From Yuukianura sp. NJ FZ-2021 (lineage: Eukaryota), in the NCBI GenBank assembly GCA_046563655.1, contig CM102283.1, positions 9,486,001 through 9,550,000 of the forward strand: a stretch of 64,000 nucleotides of DNA, read 5' to 3'. The notes beneath the pieces were generated by a model. The model was not told the DNA's origin, did no database searches, and saw nothing but the letters and a program-made list of their open reading frames with translations. Below are positions 35,901-48,014 of the stretch, one piece after another (the stretch's first letter is position 1; each line of letters opens with the position of its first letter). The position numbers were made by a program, and so were the translations under genes.

Positions 35901-38900
35901 ACCCAAACACTTGCCATTTCCCAACTTACAAAACCATAGAAAAAAGTACAAAAAAAAGCGTTTTCAATTGCAAATATCCTAAACTGTCTAGAAAATGCAT
36001 GTTTTGCAAACTTCTGAACACACGAATGATAGTGTTATGTAAATACTAGTTCAATTTAGTTCCAAAATAGCCAAAATTCAGAAAAAATATGCGACTACAC
36101 GAAAAAAATAAGTTCGGAAATCGGAAAAAGTTTTATATTTTATGAATGCTAGACCCCCCACTCATGCTCTCGTCATATCTTGCGTCATTCTCGACACTCT
36201 CGGTTTCTATCCATCATTTTCGCATTTCGCACACTTCAATCCTTACAACTTTTATTCAGAAAACGAAAATGATCAGAACAATTGTAATTGGCAATTCTTT
36301 TTTCCATACATTTTCAAATTCTAACAGTCACAAAGAGTTCTTTTCGGTACAAAAGCTTTGCCAAAAAAAATCCAGAGATATATTGGGGTCGGGAGGGTGA
36401 AAAAAGACTTAAAGATGCCAAAATGTGACAATTGTCATTCCAAATCCAGATTTCTATCACAACGTTGAAAGACACCGAAAAAATTTTTTTTGGAACCTTT
36501 CACTCCCGCTTCTTCTCCTTAGAAAAAAAAACAATTTGACTCGGTCCATTTTCAAAGTTGAGCAGATGACAAGGAACTTTTTCAAAGTCAGTCCATCACC
36601 TACCGTAAAATTCTGACACACCGCCAAACACATGCGAAAATGCAAAATTCAAAATTCAGTTTTTAGCATGTAGTACAAGAGAGATGCAGAGTCAAGGTAA
36701 GACAAAAATTTGCCAAAACAAATATAGCCCAAAGAAGAAATGACATCATCCCTCCCAGCACCAAAACCCATAGCATATCCATCTCCCACTTCCATTATGC
36801 AATACATGTCTAAAGTGAAATTCACTATTAGCCACATGCTAAAAAAGACTAAAAGACTAAAAACACTTGAGTCTCATGCCACTTTGGGAAAAGAAGATCA
36901 ATGTTACTGAGGTCAAGCTACGAAACTAGCCTAACCTTCTTTCACTTGAGGCTGATAACCCCTAAACACACTCTGCACTTAACATGTCCAATGTCACTCA
37001 AAATTTATTAACAACTTACAAAGTTAAGTTGACCAAAAAACATTTTCAACAATCACAAACTCAAATGGACCAAAAGTCCTTGGATCCAACTCAAACATCC
37101 ATCCAACAGAGTGCTTAGCCTTCTACGTTTTTCCTGAATGTGAATTACATAATGTAAATTACATAATGTGAATTACATAATGTAAATTACATAATGAAAA
37201 TACATTATTTTGGATAGTCTAAAAAGCAAAGTTAAGAAGTTTTGGCTCAGGCAGGTAATTGAACTTGAGCTAAATCTACAAATCTAATGGTCCAAGAAAC
37301 CCAGAATTTCCAGCTAATTAAAAACTTTTAGCATTCCACATTCTAGATTTTAGTCGAGATCCAGAATTCTACATCCAAAATTCAAGAATGTACATTTGAC
37401 ATTGGGAGTTTCACTGTGGAAGTTTTGTGCTCCACTTTGTTTTCAGGTTACTCCAAAGTTTTAAATTACACCAGAATGTTAGAAGATTCAGAAAATGAAA
37501 CTTCGGAGGCCATTTTGAGATAACCTTGAGATGCAATTTGTTTGCTAATCTTAAAATCCGCTAAAAACAATACATTCCAGACATTACATTTGCCAATTGT
37601 CATTTTGGATTAACAAAAACAGACGATATGCACTGCGTTACTTTAATTTTAGACTTAAGACAGGACACGAGTCTTAGCTTAAACTTTTTTTGCAACACCT
37701 TTTGCAAAAAAACAAGATTCGCAAAATTCAAGTTCATCCAAAAAGAGCTCCACTCTAGCTCACTCTCATCAAATTTCAGCAAACGCCCAACTTCAAATTT
37801 TTATTACAAAAAAATGAAATAATTAAACTGCGAGAATCATGAAAAAAAAATGGAAACTAATTCGTCCGCTTCGTCCTTTGCCCTGGAGCTATTCGTTTGC
37901 AGAACTTAGCAAAAAAAAAGCTGAACTTTGCAAAATCTTGCCTCTCTTTTACGTCTATTCATTCCAAAATTTTAGTTGTGCAAAAAAAGGACAGGTAAAG
38001 CCAAGTGAAGTCAAAAACGCCTGTAGCACGGACAGAAAATTTTACCTTGGACTGGGCAAAAAACTCCAGTTGGCCTTCAAAACTTTTCTTTCTACTTTTT
38101 TTTGCAAACGCCTGGGACTTAAAATTTTGCACAATCCACATGCCATTAAAGACCAGAGGTAGAAGCCAATGGACTCCAAAAACCTTATTGTTGCCCAATC
38201 ACTTAACAAACAACCTATGCAAAGGTTAACCCAATGACGACGTTGCGAAAATATTCGCAAAAAAAGGTTTTGCAAATCTGACCTCTAGCTGAACCGGAGC
38301 TGCAGGCCCCAAATTTCCCAAAATGTGACTTTCTTACAACCTTGGAAAAAATTCGCAAAAAATTGCAAAAATTCCCAAAACTATGACACCTCTAAGTTGA
38401 CTAATCTTTTCGAATGAGTTGTACTTTACAGTGCTTTTTTGCAATTGCAAAAAAATTGCAATATGTGTTTTTGCTAATAAGGTAAAGATTGCATGTGTAC
38501 ATCCTGGAAGACTCTCTCGCCACTCCGCCAACACTACAACATACAATTAAGGTTTTCGCAAATCCAATTCAGCAGCATCTCATCTTCTCATCACTCATCG
38601 TGGGCAGCAGCAGCAGAAGAGTTTGCAAAAAAAAAATGGCAAACTTTTTTGCAAAGAGGAAAAAAGTAAACAATGATTCTGTTTGGCAAAGCCCAGAGGG
38701 CAAAAGCCGCTCATCAAAAACACTGCGCACAAATCTTCAAAGTGCTAAAATCTGTGCAAATTCTCATCACTCTTCCACTCAAATTTAGAATTAAACTAAA
38801 TTTTTGCATTAGTCACTCTGCAGGAGTGACACAAAATGTAAACGCCCAATTCATCAAACAAAGCAAAAATTACTAGGCACTTTTAAACAAAAAAACTGAA

Positions 38901-41900
38901 AAATTGCAATTTTGTCCCAACCCAACACAAAAAAAAGTGAGAGAAAAGTTCCATTCTACGCCCAAAATATTAATTTCCAAAAAGTTTGGATCTCCGCAGA
39001 AAAGTGAGGAAATTAAATTTTGATTTCATTCAAAACTCAATTTCAACTAATTTGATTTTTTCCTACTTTTTGTCACTTTTTGGAAATAAAAGGACAGAAG
39101 CCCTCTAAAAATTTCAATTTAAAAACTAATTTGACACTTCAAACTCACGAACATTTTGTTGTATTTCAAATTTTTGTGACCTTTCATGTCCAAGGTCATG
39201 CATTTAGAAAAGCTTTATGAAAAAATTCCGTTGTGGTCCTTTGAATATTGAATGTTAGCTCGACAGGAAATTTTTGGCGGTGTGAAATTAGTGCCTGTAA
39301 AGCAGGATGATTTAATTGACACCTCAAATTTCATTGCCATCCTTTTACACTCCACTCGAAAAGTGAACTTTTTAGTACTGTGAGTCACTTGTGAATTAAT
39401 AATAGAAATTATTACGACACTACCCTTGTCCCCTCATAATTCCTCAATTTGCCAAAATCCCAAGGAAAACCTCCAATTGAGGAAGTGGACTCATCATTCA
39501 CAGTAATTAGCACATTCACTCTCCACTCATGCGTAAAAACGTAAAAACCGTCTAAACACAAATTTACATAACAAACAAACCTAAAAGGTTAAAGATTCTT
39601 ACTATTTTTAGTCAAAAATACTAAAAACCTATTTTAAAATCTAGAATTTAAAAAAAATTTCCTCAAGGTTCCTTGACCACCGATTTGTAATTCCTACAAC
39701 AGGTTATCCAGTAACTCGGGAATTTCCTTGTATCTGGCTCCTACTACTCCACAAATATAATTCGCCTACTTCCACAAAGTTAAAATTGAAATGTATCAAA
39801 AATTCAAAAATAGCTTAACATTTGTTTTAAGTTGTTAAATTTTTTTTAAACTAATGAGCCACTTTCGTCTGTTTTTCTATAACTTTGCGTAACTTGAGTC
39901 GTGAGAGCCTTGTGAAGAAAATGTCCTTTCTCTATGGCGTTATTTGGCGTGTTTAAGAATGATCACGTTTTGTTAAATTGTCCTTCAAAGTGAACGGAAA
40001 TTGGCAGGAAAGAAGATAAAAAGCAGGAGAGGACACTTCAACAGCTCTTGGCCCATCAACTCACATCACGTCACATCCATCTCCTATCCCTGTTTCACAA
40101 AAATCCAAATCATACTAAAATTCCCTCCAAAAAACGAAAAAAGTGTATTCCGGATCATAAAATGTCCAAATCCCACCACTTTAGTCTTTTTCCAGCTCAA
40201 AAGCAGTCGTGCTCAGAACCCATTGAGCAAACAGACTAAAAATTGCAAAGTGGAATGCACTCTAACACATAAAATTAAATTGGCAAAAACATAAGGTCAC
40301 AACGCAACTGGTGCAACTAAGAACCTCATTTACACAAAACTTCCAAAAATCAAAAATAAAATCTGTCCAAATTTTTTTTTTGAAAGATTTCAAAAAGGCT
40401 TTTTGCAAAAGCTGTCTGTCATTCGTCAGTGAACCGAGAACGTCGGCACGTCTCAAACGAACCTCATTGTCTATTGTCTAAAAATTCAAAAAACTCATCT
40501 CAAAAATGAGAAAACGCAAAAATTAGCCAAAAACTGAACAAAGAAAACTTTTTCTTACCAAATTCAAAAAACATGATTATTCCAAGACTTTTGATAGACA
40601 TCAAAGAGTCTCACACGCAAACGACAAAAGTTGAGCACGTTAAAGTGCACAACGTTCATCGTAAGACGAAAACTGACAATTAATTAAACTTTTTTGTCGT
40701 AATTCGAACTAAAGAGAAGGAAATAGCGTGGGAGGAAGACAAAGTTGATTGTTTAAATTCAGAAAAACAAAAGGAAATTAAGTTGGTGACCTCGTGACCT
40801 CTGAGACATTAATGTCATCTTCAGACAAATAAATCCTGTTTCAATTTGAAACAACTTAAAACTTGACCTTGGTCTTGGCAAATTCAATTCAAACAGAACA
40901 ATAACAAATTACAAAGTTCAATTGCATAAACAAAGTCATCAGTACAATTCCTCCAGACATTTCAAACTCTCAACTTTGTATTCAAATTATAAACAATCCG
41001 CTATAATCCTATAAATTTCAATAATTTCCGAATTTTGTTTCATAATTTTTATAAATTTTATAACTCACGCGTCAGACTACTTCTTGCGTTCCAGTGGGCA
41101 TGTGACCCCTGGATAATCGCCGTAACACTCATCATCGGCTTCTCCTTCTTTCGCTCCTTCATCATTATACTCCGCTTTTTACAAAGTTTCAAAATTTTGA
41201 AAAATAAAATACAACTTTTCACCAAAAGTTCAAAAACGTTTCACTTTTAGCATTTAGCACACTTTTTAGGTACTTGAGTACTTTTTAGCAGCTCCACGTG
41301 ACTAATTCGTCAATTGTTGACTTTGACGTTCCTTGTACGTCCGTTTCCACCGTAAGTTTTAACAGGTACTTGTTTTCTCAGAAATTAAGTCACACCGGAA
41401 ACATAATCCTCAAAATCAAAATTCTCACAAAAAATTAGCACCTAAAATTTTGAAAAGTTCAAAAATTGAAACACCTCAAAAAATTTTTTCACAGAAAAAG
41501 TCCAGGAAACTGTTTTTGATCAGAGTAAAATTGACGATGACGCTTCGACTTCAAGAGTGAAACTGTCACCAAAATTGCAAAAAGAGGGTCGAAATTTGCA
41601 AAAAGTGAAACTACCCGGCTTTTTTTTGGAATGCGGGAATAATATTGACTACAAAGTGAGTGTGGATGAGTGGAGTGGAGTGAGTGGACTCTGGAGGAGT
41701 GAACGAACCAAACCGATTCTCACGACCTACAGCAATAATAGAACACAACTCTCCCTCATGCTAACCAAAAGCACCTCGTGTCGCCTATACCATTCGCAAA
41801 AATATACTTGCAAAAAAAATTGCAAAAAATCACACTAGGCTGGTGCAAAAACTCTTTTTGCAAAACCTATACTCATAGACACGCTGATCCTCAGAGAAGA

Positions 41901-44091
41901 ATGAAATTGAAGGTTAAAACGCTTCCTTTCTCTACAACACTAAAACCATAGACTATGGTTATGTTATAGTCTATAACTTATAGACTATAATAGTCCTGGT
42001 AATGTTATAGACTATGATAGTCTATGGTTAGGTTATGTCTAAAGGTTAGGTTTAGGGGGTAAATGGAACATCGACACATGCCAAAATCCTGCCCTGAGAA
42101 CTTGGGGATTTTTGCACTTGCGAAACTGAAATTCGCAAACGCTTGAGTGCTATACCCCCTTCGTGTCTAGTGACTGGCTAGTCTCTCAGCGATTTCTGAA
42201 ACACGCGTCTAAAGCATAACCTTTACCACACTAACTTAACCAATTTTTTTAGCAAAGACTAGAACAAACAATAGCATTTTTGGCAAAGTAGTTTTTTCAC
42301 TGCCAATTCTCATTCCACAAATTCGCATTAAGCTTGGGAACAAAACCAAAAAATTAAAGGCATGGAATAAGTTAGTCAAAAAGTGAACTTAAAGTTGAGT
42401 CAACACGAATCTAGAAATAATGATAGGTTAGTGGCCACTACTGCTGTGCCAATCAACAATTCACAATCAAAAACGTAGTAAAAGTAAACTTTCTCAAGGT
42501 CAACTTTTAGTGAGGTCACTCAATTCCTCAATAAAAAAAAACGAAAACTTTCGCAAATTGTCAAATTTTTGAAAAAAGGAAACGTTTTGCTTACGTCGTA
42601 ACATCACAGATGAATTTAAAAACGAAATGCTGATTTCTCGGAAATCTGTTTTTCCAATTCTGAATTTTCGAAGAAAAAGAAAATGAATGAACGAAAAATT
42701 ATTCAGTCAACAATCAAGATTTAAAAACTCAACCAGAATCCCGGAAATGGAAAAAAAAACAGTAAAGATTTTGAAATTGAAATTTAAAAAAAAAACGGAA
42801 TTTGTGAAATTGAAATTGTGAAACATTTGTGTAACATGAGACAAAAGCAGACAAAATCATGAATTTATCATGAATTTTAAAATCCACATTCTAACTGCTA
42901 TAAATTCAAAATGGAAACTAAAATTCAGCACCAGCCAATCAAATCCTTTCTTCTTGGAATCTCTTTGTGCAAAAACTATTGAATTGTTTAAAAAGCGACA
43001 GAAGAGTGACATGATTGAAGGGAACATTTGGAATGATGAGGTCGGTACATGCTGTTCTAATGGACTTTCCATATGCAGTGTCTTCACCCGCATAAAAACT
43101 GGCGGGGTCATCACATCCTTATGCCAACTTTTCAAATTATTCAGATTCTCGATTCAAAAAACAAAAAATAGCAAAACTGATTTCCAATTTTGATTTTTCC
43201 GCTTGTCTATAACTCAAATCTTTCCAAAAATCAATCATCTCTCGCATTTCAACAGAGATTTGCCAAACAGTCGGAAACAAATTTAAAAAAAATGTGTCCC
43301 AAATTCAAATTCAGAATCTACGTTTCTAGCCTCCGATTCCCAAAACACTAAAAATTTAAAATTACAATCAACAATTCCCAGAAACATAAAACCAAAAAAG
43401 ATGTCATTTTGATTATGTTTACATTTTTGCACGCTCCGTCGCTCTCTGTGCACTTGAACTTTTTAGCTTTTAACATTTAACAAAGTTAATGAGTTTACTT
43501 TACTAGAACGAAGTTCAGGACCTCAATTAATTATAACAATTAAACTTTAACTTCAATTCTACAACCAAATCAACTCCAGGTTCAATACCAAAAACAATGA
43601 AAATGAAAAATCTTTTGTTTTAACAGTACGTAGGTGGTGCTAATTGTTAAAAAAATTTTAATTATCATGCCATTCTAAAAATTTCTATTGTTGTTCACAT
43701 GTTAAACTAAATTAATTAAAAGTTAACTATTTTAACCCAACTTTTTTAACTTTTAACTTTTTAAAGGTCACTTACCCCTGTCAGCACACAACCAATTCTT
43801 GACATCTTCTTCCGTGAAACTCTGGGCAGTGGGGTACCCATTGTGGGTTAAATTTGAACCCAAAAACCCATACCAGTTTGGCCCACATCTCCCCCCGTCG
43901 TCATGGTGATGCTGATGACCTTGACCCCTCGTGCTAAAACTAATGTTAAATTCAGGGAAGAGTTGCACCGGAAGTCCGGACCCCTCAAACCCCCCACCCG
44001 CCCAGGGGTGAAGTACTGCCGAAGTACTTGCCCCGCCCCCTCCTCCCCCACTGTTCAAATCCAGCACACTTTCAAAATGCTGCTGCAGCAT
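29911..44091 (-). CDS. usp: Retinoid X receptor / ultraspiracle (NR2B) with alternative first exons
   Basis: Common exons 32425-32560 ([11 protein letters not shown]), 31561-31927 ([43 protein letters not shown]...REAVQ), 30644-30914, 30457-30563, 30267-30390 and 29911-30164 ([17 protein letters not shown]). First exons at 43776-44091, 41069-41165 and 33752-33842 all end in phase 1, matching exon 2. Confidence 0.97.
30169..30220. repeat. Intronic direct duplication AAAACGGACCAATCAGGATTAG x2
   Basis: Two identical ~22-bp copies 30 bp apart in the last RXR intron. Confidence 0.75.
31090..31140 (-). CDS. Putative 51-nt RXR cassette exon in the T-box ([17 protein letters not shown])
   Basis: Flanked by ...ttgacacAG and GTgaaa, phase 0/0, open frame, lies between REAVQ and EERQR. 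Confidence 0.6.
33752..33842 (-). CDS. RXR alternative first exon, proximal ([30 protein letters not shown])
   Basis: ATG, open frame, phase-1 GTAAG donor. Inr-like TCAGTT about 20 nt upstream (33862-33867). Confidence 0.65.
35696..35790. repeat. TTATAG/TTAGA-based low-complexity tandem repeat
   Basis: Repeated gttatagg/gttatagac/ttagatg units, similar in word content to 41948-42045 and 63740-63985. Confidence 0.55.
37138..37206. repeat. 14-bp minisatellite (ATGTRAATTACATA), about 5 copies, near-palindromic unit
   Basis: atgtgaattacata atgtaaattacata atgtgaattacata atgtaaattacata atgaaaatacatt. Confidence 0.9.
41069..41165 (-). CDS. RXR/USP alternative first exon ([32 protein letters not shown])
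   Basis: Contains the insect USP isoform-specific motif [15 protein letters not shown]. Phase-1 GTGAG donor. Not present in the supplied ORF track. Confidence 0.9.
41948..42045. repeat. ATAGACTAT/ATAGTCTAT self-complementary low-complexity repeat
   Basis: Alternating catagactat/atagtctat words, also at 63740-63985. Confidence 0.6.
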
Positions 44092-47000
44092 CTTTCAAAA
44101 GTTACGCAACAACCCGCCACAAACAAGTCAAAGCAGTAACTCCCACAAAACTTTTCAGATTTCGAGCACTGAGCTAATCAACTCCGGCCAGGAGCAGACG
44201 CAAGATGATCGACTCCAGCCACCCTCAATAATTTTTTTCTGTGAAAAATGAGTAATCAGGGTGCTGCACGTGCTTGTGGCGACGCGTAGCACTAAAGTAA
44301 CTTTTAAAATGTTGACTTTGAGTTCTGCGGTGACTGTTTTAGTTGTTGTGGGTTCGCCTGTTGCTGACACACTAAGAACCCAGAACTGGCATTTCAGCGT
44401 CACTCCAGCCTTTCAGCTTAAGTAAAATGTACAACTTTAATTGCTTTTGCATTATTTCTCATCGGATCTTGAGTTCCAACCAGATCCAAATTGTAATTAG
44501 TTATTTAATTACTCTCTTCACACACTTCTGGAGCTTCACTTTGTGGTAAAATCCAATAACTTGAGATTCAAATGATATGGAAAGATACACTTGTCTATTC
44601 CTCAGCATCCACACTGAACCAACAGCACTTTTCAGCGCACCAGCGTCGAGGAGCGACTGAAACTATGAAAATGGCTAATAATTGGAATAGTTGAGACAAG
44701 TGACAGAAGACTCAAAATCAATGTTCTCATTGTTCTGCTTTCATCCAAGGCTCAATACTTAATGATTTCCACTAACTTCATTCCAATCCATAACTAAATG
44801 TTAACTTTATACCAATTCCAATGCTAGGTTAAAATGTTAGACCATTTTGTGCTCTACTTGCAATTCACTTTTTAACACTACCAATTCTTTTTTGACAGCC
44901 ACACTCTCATCCCCCATTTTTATTCATCGAATATTCCTTGCACCGATTAACTTTTATAAAGTACAAAAACTGCAATATGCAAATTTTTGGACGTACTAAA
45001 AGTCTGACACGACAGAAACCGCTGCTGACCTCAGTGTCAAGCAATATCAAGAGAAAGTTAAATGTTATGAAGCACATTAACTATAATTCATTGACAACTT
45101 AACAAATAAAAATCATCTCACTGGCCTCTGCTAAACAATGACTAAATCATAAATGGTTTTTAAATTTTGAAAACAAGTCAATTAACTTAACAACTCAATT
45201 ACTTTTTAAGGCCACTTCACACTTCATTCATTGACAAATTGAGAATAAAAGTACATTAAAAAGTTTTTCAAATCTTACAAAGTTTTAAAACCAAAGACGT
45301 GCTAAACCCAACATTTGCAGTGACAAATTCAGCTTAAGCGTTTAACTCCGAATTGGAATTCCAAAAGTTAGCAATTTTTGGATTAGCATCAGCATTTGCT
45401 GACACCGTGTGAACGTTGTGAGGACTAACAAATGACTAATACACAAAATCAGTTAAGTCGTAAATTGACTATGTCAAAGTGCACAACCTCACAAAAATAA
45501 TGTTTTGCAAAAGGTCTAACAACTTTCCCAGCATCACAACAAAATTGGAATCCCGGAATTGGAATTTACATCTTGTTCATTCATTCCGAACGACATGAAA
45601 AGCCTACAAAGATTCTCCAGAGACTAAAGTTTATTTTTAGCCTCCCAAATGCCATTTCCAGTGAATCTGGAATATGCTTCACTCCATTTAAACCTAATCA
45701 CAAGCCTGACTTCCAACCACCGCACAAATTCTGGAAATTTTGACTTCAATTCCCGGTTAACCTTTCGAAATTCCATTTAATTTGACGAATCCCGAGAATT
45801 AGAAAATTAGATGTCAAGTTGTTCATTAACATGCGCAAATTACGAATTTTAAGAAAAAGCTAAAAGACTAACATTGCTGGATTCCACTTTAAAAATTCAT
45901 TTTTTTCAAAAAGAGCTCAACAGTTCCAGTTCCATCACTTCAGTAATTTAAAAACCTAATTTGACCCAGATTTTGAAAATTTAAAAAGACAAAGGATGCA
46001 CAAACCTAAACATGTCAATCAATTGGCTAGAAATTAAAACGGAGCTAGACTTTGACCCATATAAAACCACATCACAAGATAACTTCAAAGCATATACTTC
46101 CAAGTAGTAAAATCATAACTTTTAAAACCACAACTGTATAACGCAGGTTAGGTTTTAAAAGTTTAAACTATGAACAAGGAACTGAATTGACTTACTGGAA
46201 TCCGAATAGTCGTCCATTGCTTCGTCTTCCGTTTTGACCTCGTTGACCTCCGTTGTTACAAGTTACGAAGAAACTTTAAAAGCAAAGTCTGCTTATAGTT
46301 AAACTGTGAATGCCTGATTGCTGGATTGGCGATTCACAGTCACATCGTAGTTAGTTTATGACACAAATCGTAGTGAGTATACGGTTGTTGCACTTTCAGT
46401 TTTTCAAAAGCCCGACGATAGGAAGATGTCTTCAAAATTTCAATCCAAGTGCAACAGAAATCTGAAAAATCAAATGAAAAGTACTAGTTAGACTTTGCAA
46501 AAAAAAGTATCAAGTATCAAATTTTTTTAATGATGGCATATGTTGAGGCAGGACTGGAGTTTAAGATGTCAAATTACATTACATATGTAGAATGTGAATG
46601 AAAATTGGTAAATTAGGTTTGTTCTATGTTATCTAAGGTGCATACAAATGTTTTAAAAGTGATGCTTTAGTAGGAATGACTCTATTTTTTATGAAAAGAT
46701 GAATGTGAAATTGATAGGATTGAAATCTTAGACGTTTGATGCGCCTTCATTAGATCCATTCCTATTTCAGTATCAATAAAAACCATTTTAGTTGTGTTTG
46801 TTTACATGAAGCATAAATACTGCCTTCACCTTACAAATACAACCTTGACAAATCCAGTTCGTTTCTTAACAGTTAGTGCTTTACCTGGAATTGGAAATTG
46901 AAAACTGAGCTGTCAAAGTGTGTCAACGTACTGCATCTTTTGATCCGTCTTGTATTGGATGTCAATAGACTTGCAAGTTGGAGGAACGAATGAACTTTCA

Positions 47001-47479
47001 ATTTCAATTACAATCTGAAAGTAAAACAAATGAATGGCGATTAACTACCCCAACTCAATTATAGATTCTCAATTACTAATTACAGTTTACTGACACATGA
47101 ATGTTACCTCTCTATCTTCCTTCTGTCAATGTTCAGCTTGTTAACGGTAGCCGCGATTGTCAAGTTCCCACTAAAGAACTTGCGCTACGATTCCTTAGAA
47201 ACCGAAGCAGTCCCTTAGACCTTAGTAGTAGACTGTCCTCAGGGTCATGGGGGGACTTCGTCACTGTGATTGTCTTCACGGCAAGACTGCCTAAAATTGA
47301 TCCTTAGCCAGGAACACAGTAACCTTGAAGGAACAGATTCACAATTAGTACTGAATAAAGTCAAATGGTGGCTTTGAAATACAAATGTGTGTTAATTTGG
47401 CACTGTTTAGAGTCTGAGGGTCCATGTACCCTTGGAACCCTGTAGAAGGAACGTACTAGAAATAGGTTGGTATGGTTCC

Positions 47480-47915
47480 TGTAAATTTAGGAATAGAAAA
47501 GTAGGACACGAGAGCCGAGAGAGTTCGTGTCTGTGGAAGGAGGTTCTTTTTGTAAATAGAGAAAATCAATAAGGTGACAGATACCCGGAGATCCAGAATT
47601 GGGAAGTATCCAGCTGATGGTGGTGATGCTGGCAGTAGTTAATTGTTGTTATGAAGAGGATTGGAGTGAGGATGTAGGTGTCTATAGTGTTTATTTTGAA
47701 CTGTACTAAATAGTGAAGAGAGTGAGAGTGTTGTGAGATGTGGATTGCGGTCAATGCCTCCTCTCTGTAGTGGAGTGAGGGGCCAATGGACGGGGGAAGT
47801 ATGTAAGGCCCATGGGAACCAAACAGGTTCAAAGGACCCCTCCTAACACACGCGTCAATACACAATGCCCCCAGCAAGGTCAACGACCGCGCCTTAAGTC
47901 CCCCCACCCTTAACA
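47480..47915. mobile_element. Solo LTR (436 bp), probably Ty3/gypsy-type
   Basis: Begins TGTAA and ends TAACA, with 4-bp target duplication TTCC at 47476-47479 and 47916-47919. GC-richer than its surroundings. AATAAA on the minus strand near 47690. Confidence 0.65.
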
Positions 47916-47937
47916 TTCCTTACTTAATTGGACTAAC

Positions 47938-48014
47938 GTTAATCCAGCCTCTACGCAGATTTATATAAATTAACATTGTTAACTATATAGTATATCAGTA
48001 GAGGCTGGATTAAC
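47938..48014. repeat. Inverted repeat / hairpin with 17-bp perfect outer stem
   Basis: GTTAATCCAGCCTCTAC ... GTAGAGGCTGGATTAAC, with further imperfect AT pairing inside. Confidence 0.8.

Noticed and set aside
40559-42600. Two more tiny phase-1 ATG...GTAAG candidates for RXR first exons ([14 protein letters not shown] at 40559-40601; MLR near 42594-42603)
   Set aside because: Short enough to arise by chance, with no conserved motif. Needs transcript data.
47566-47916. 116-aa minus-strand ORF
   Set aside because: Non-ATG start, lies within the solo LTR, no domain similarity.
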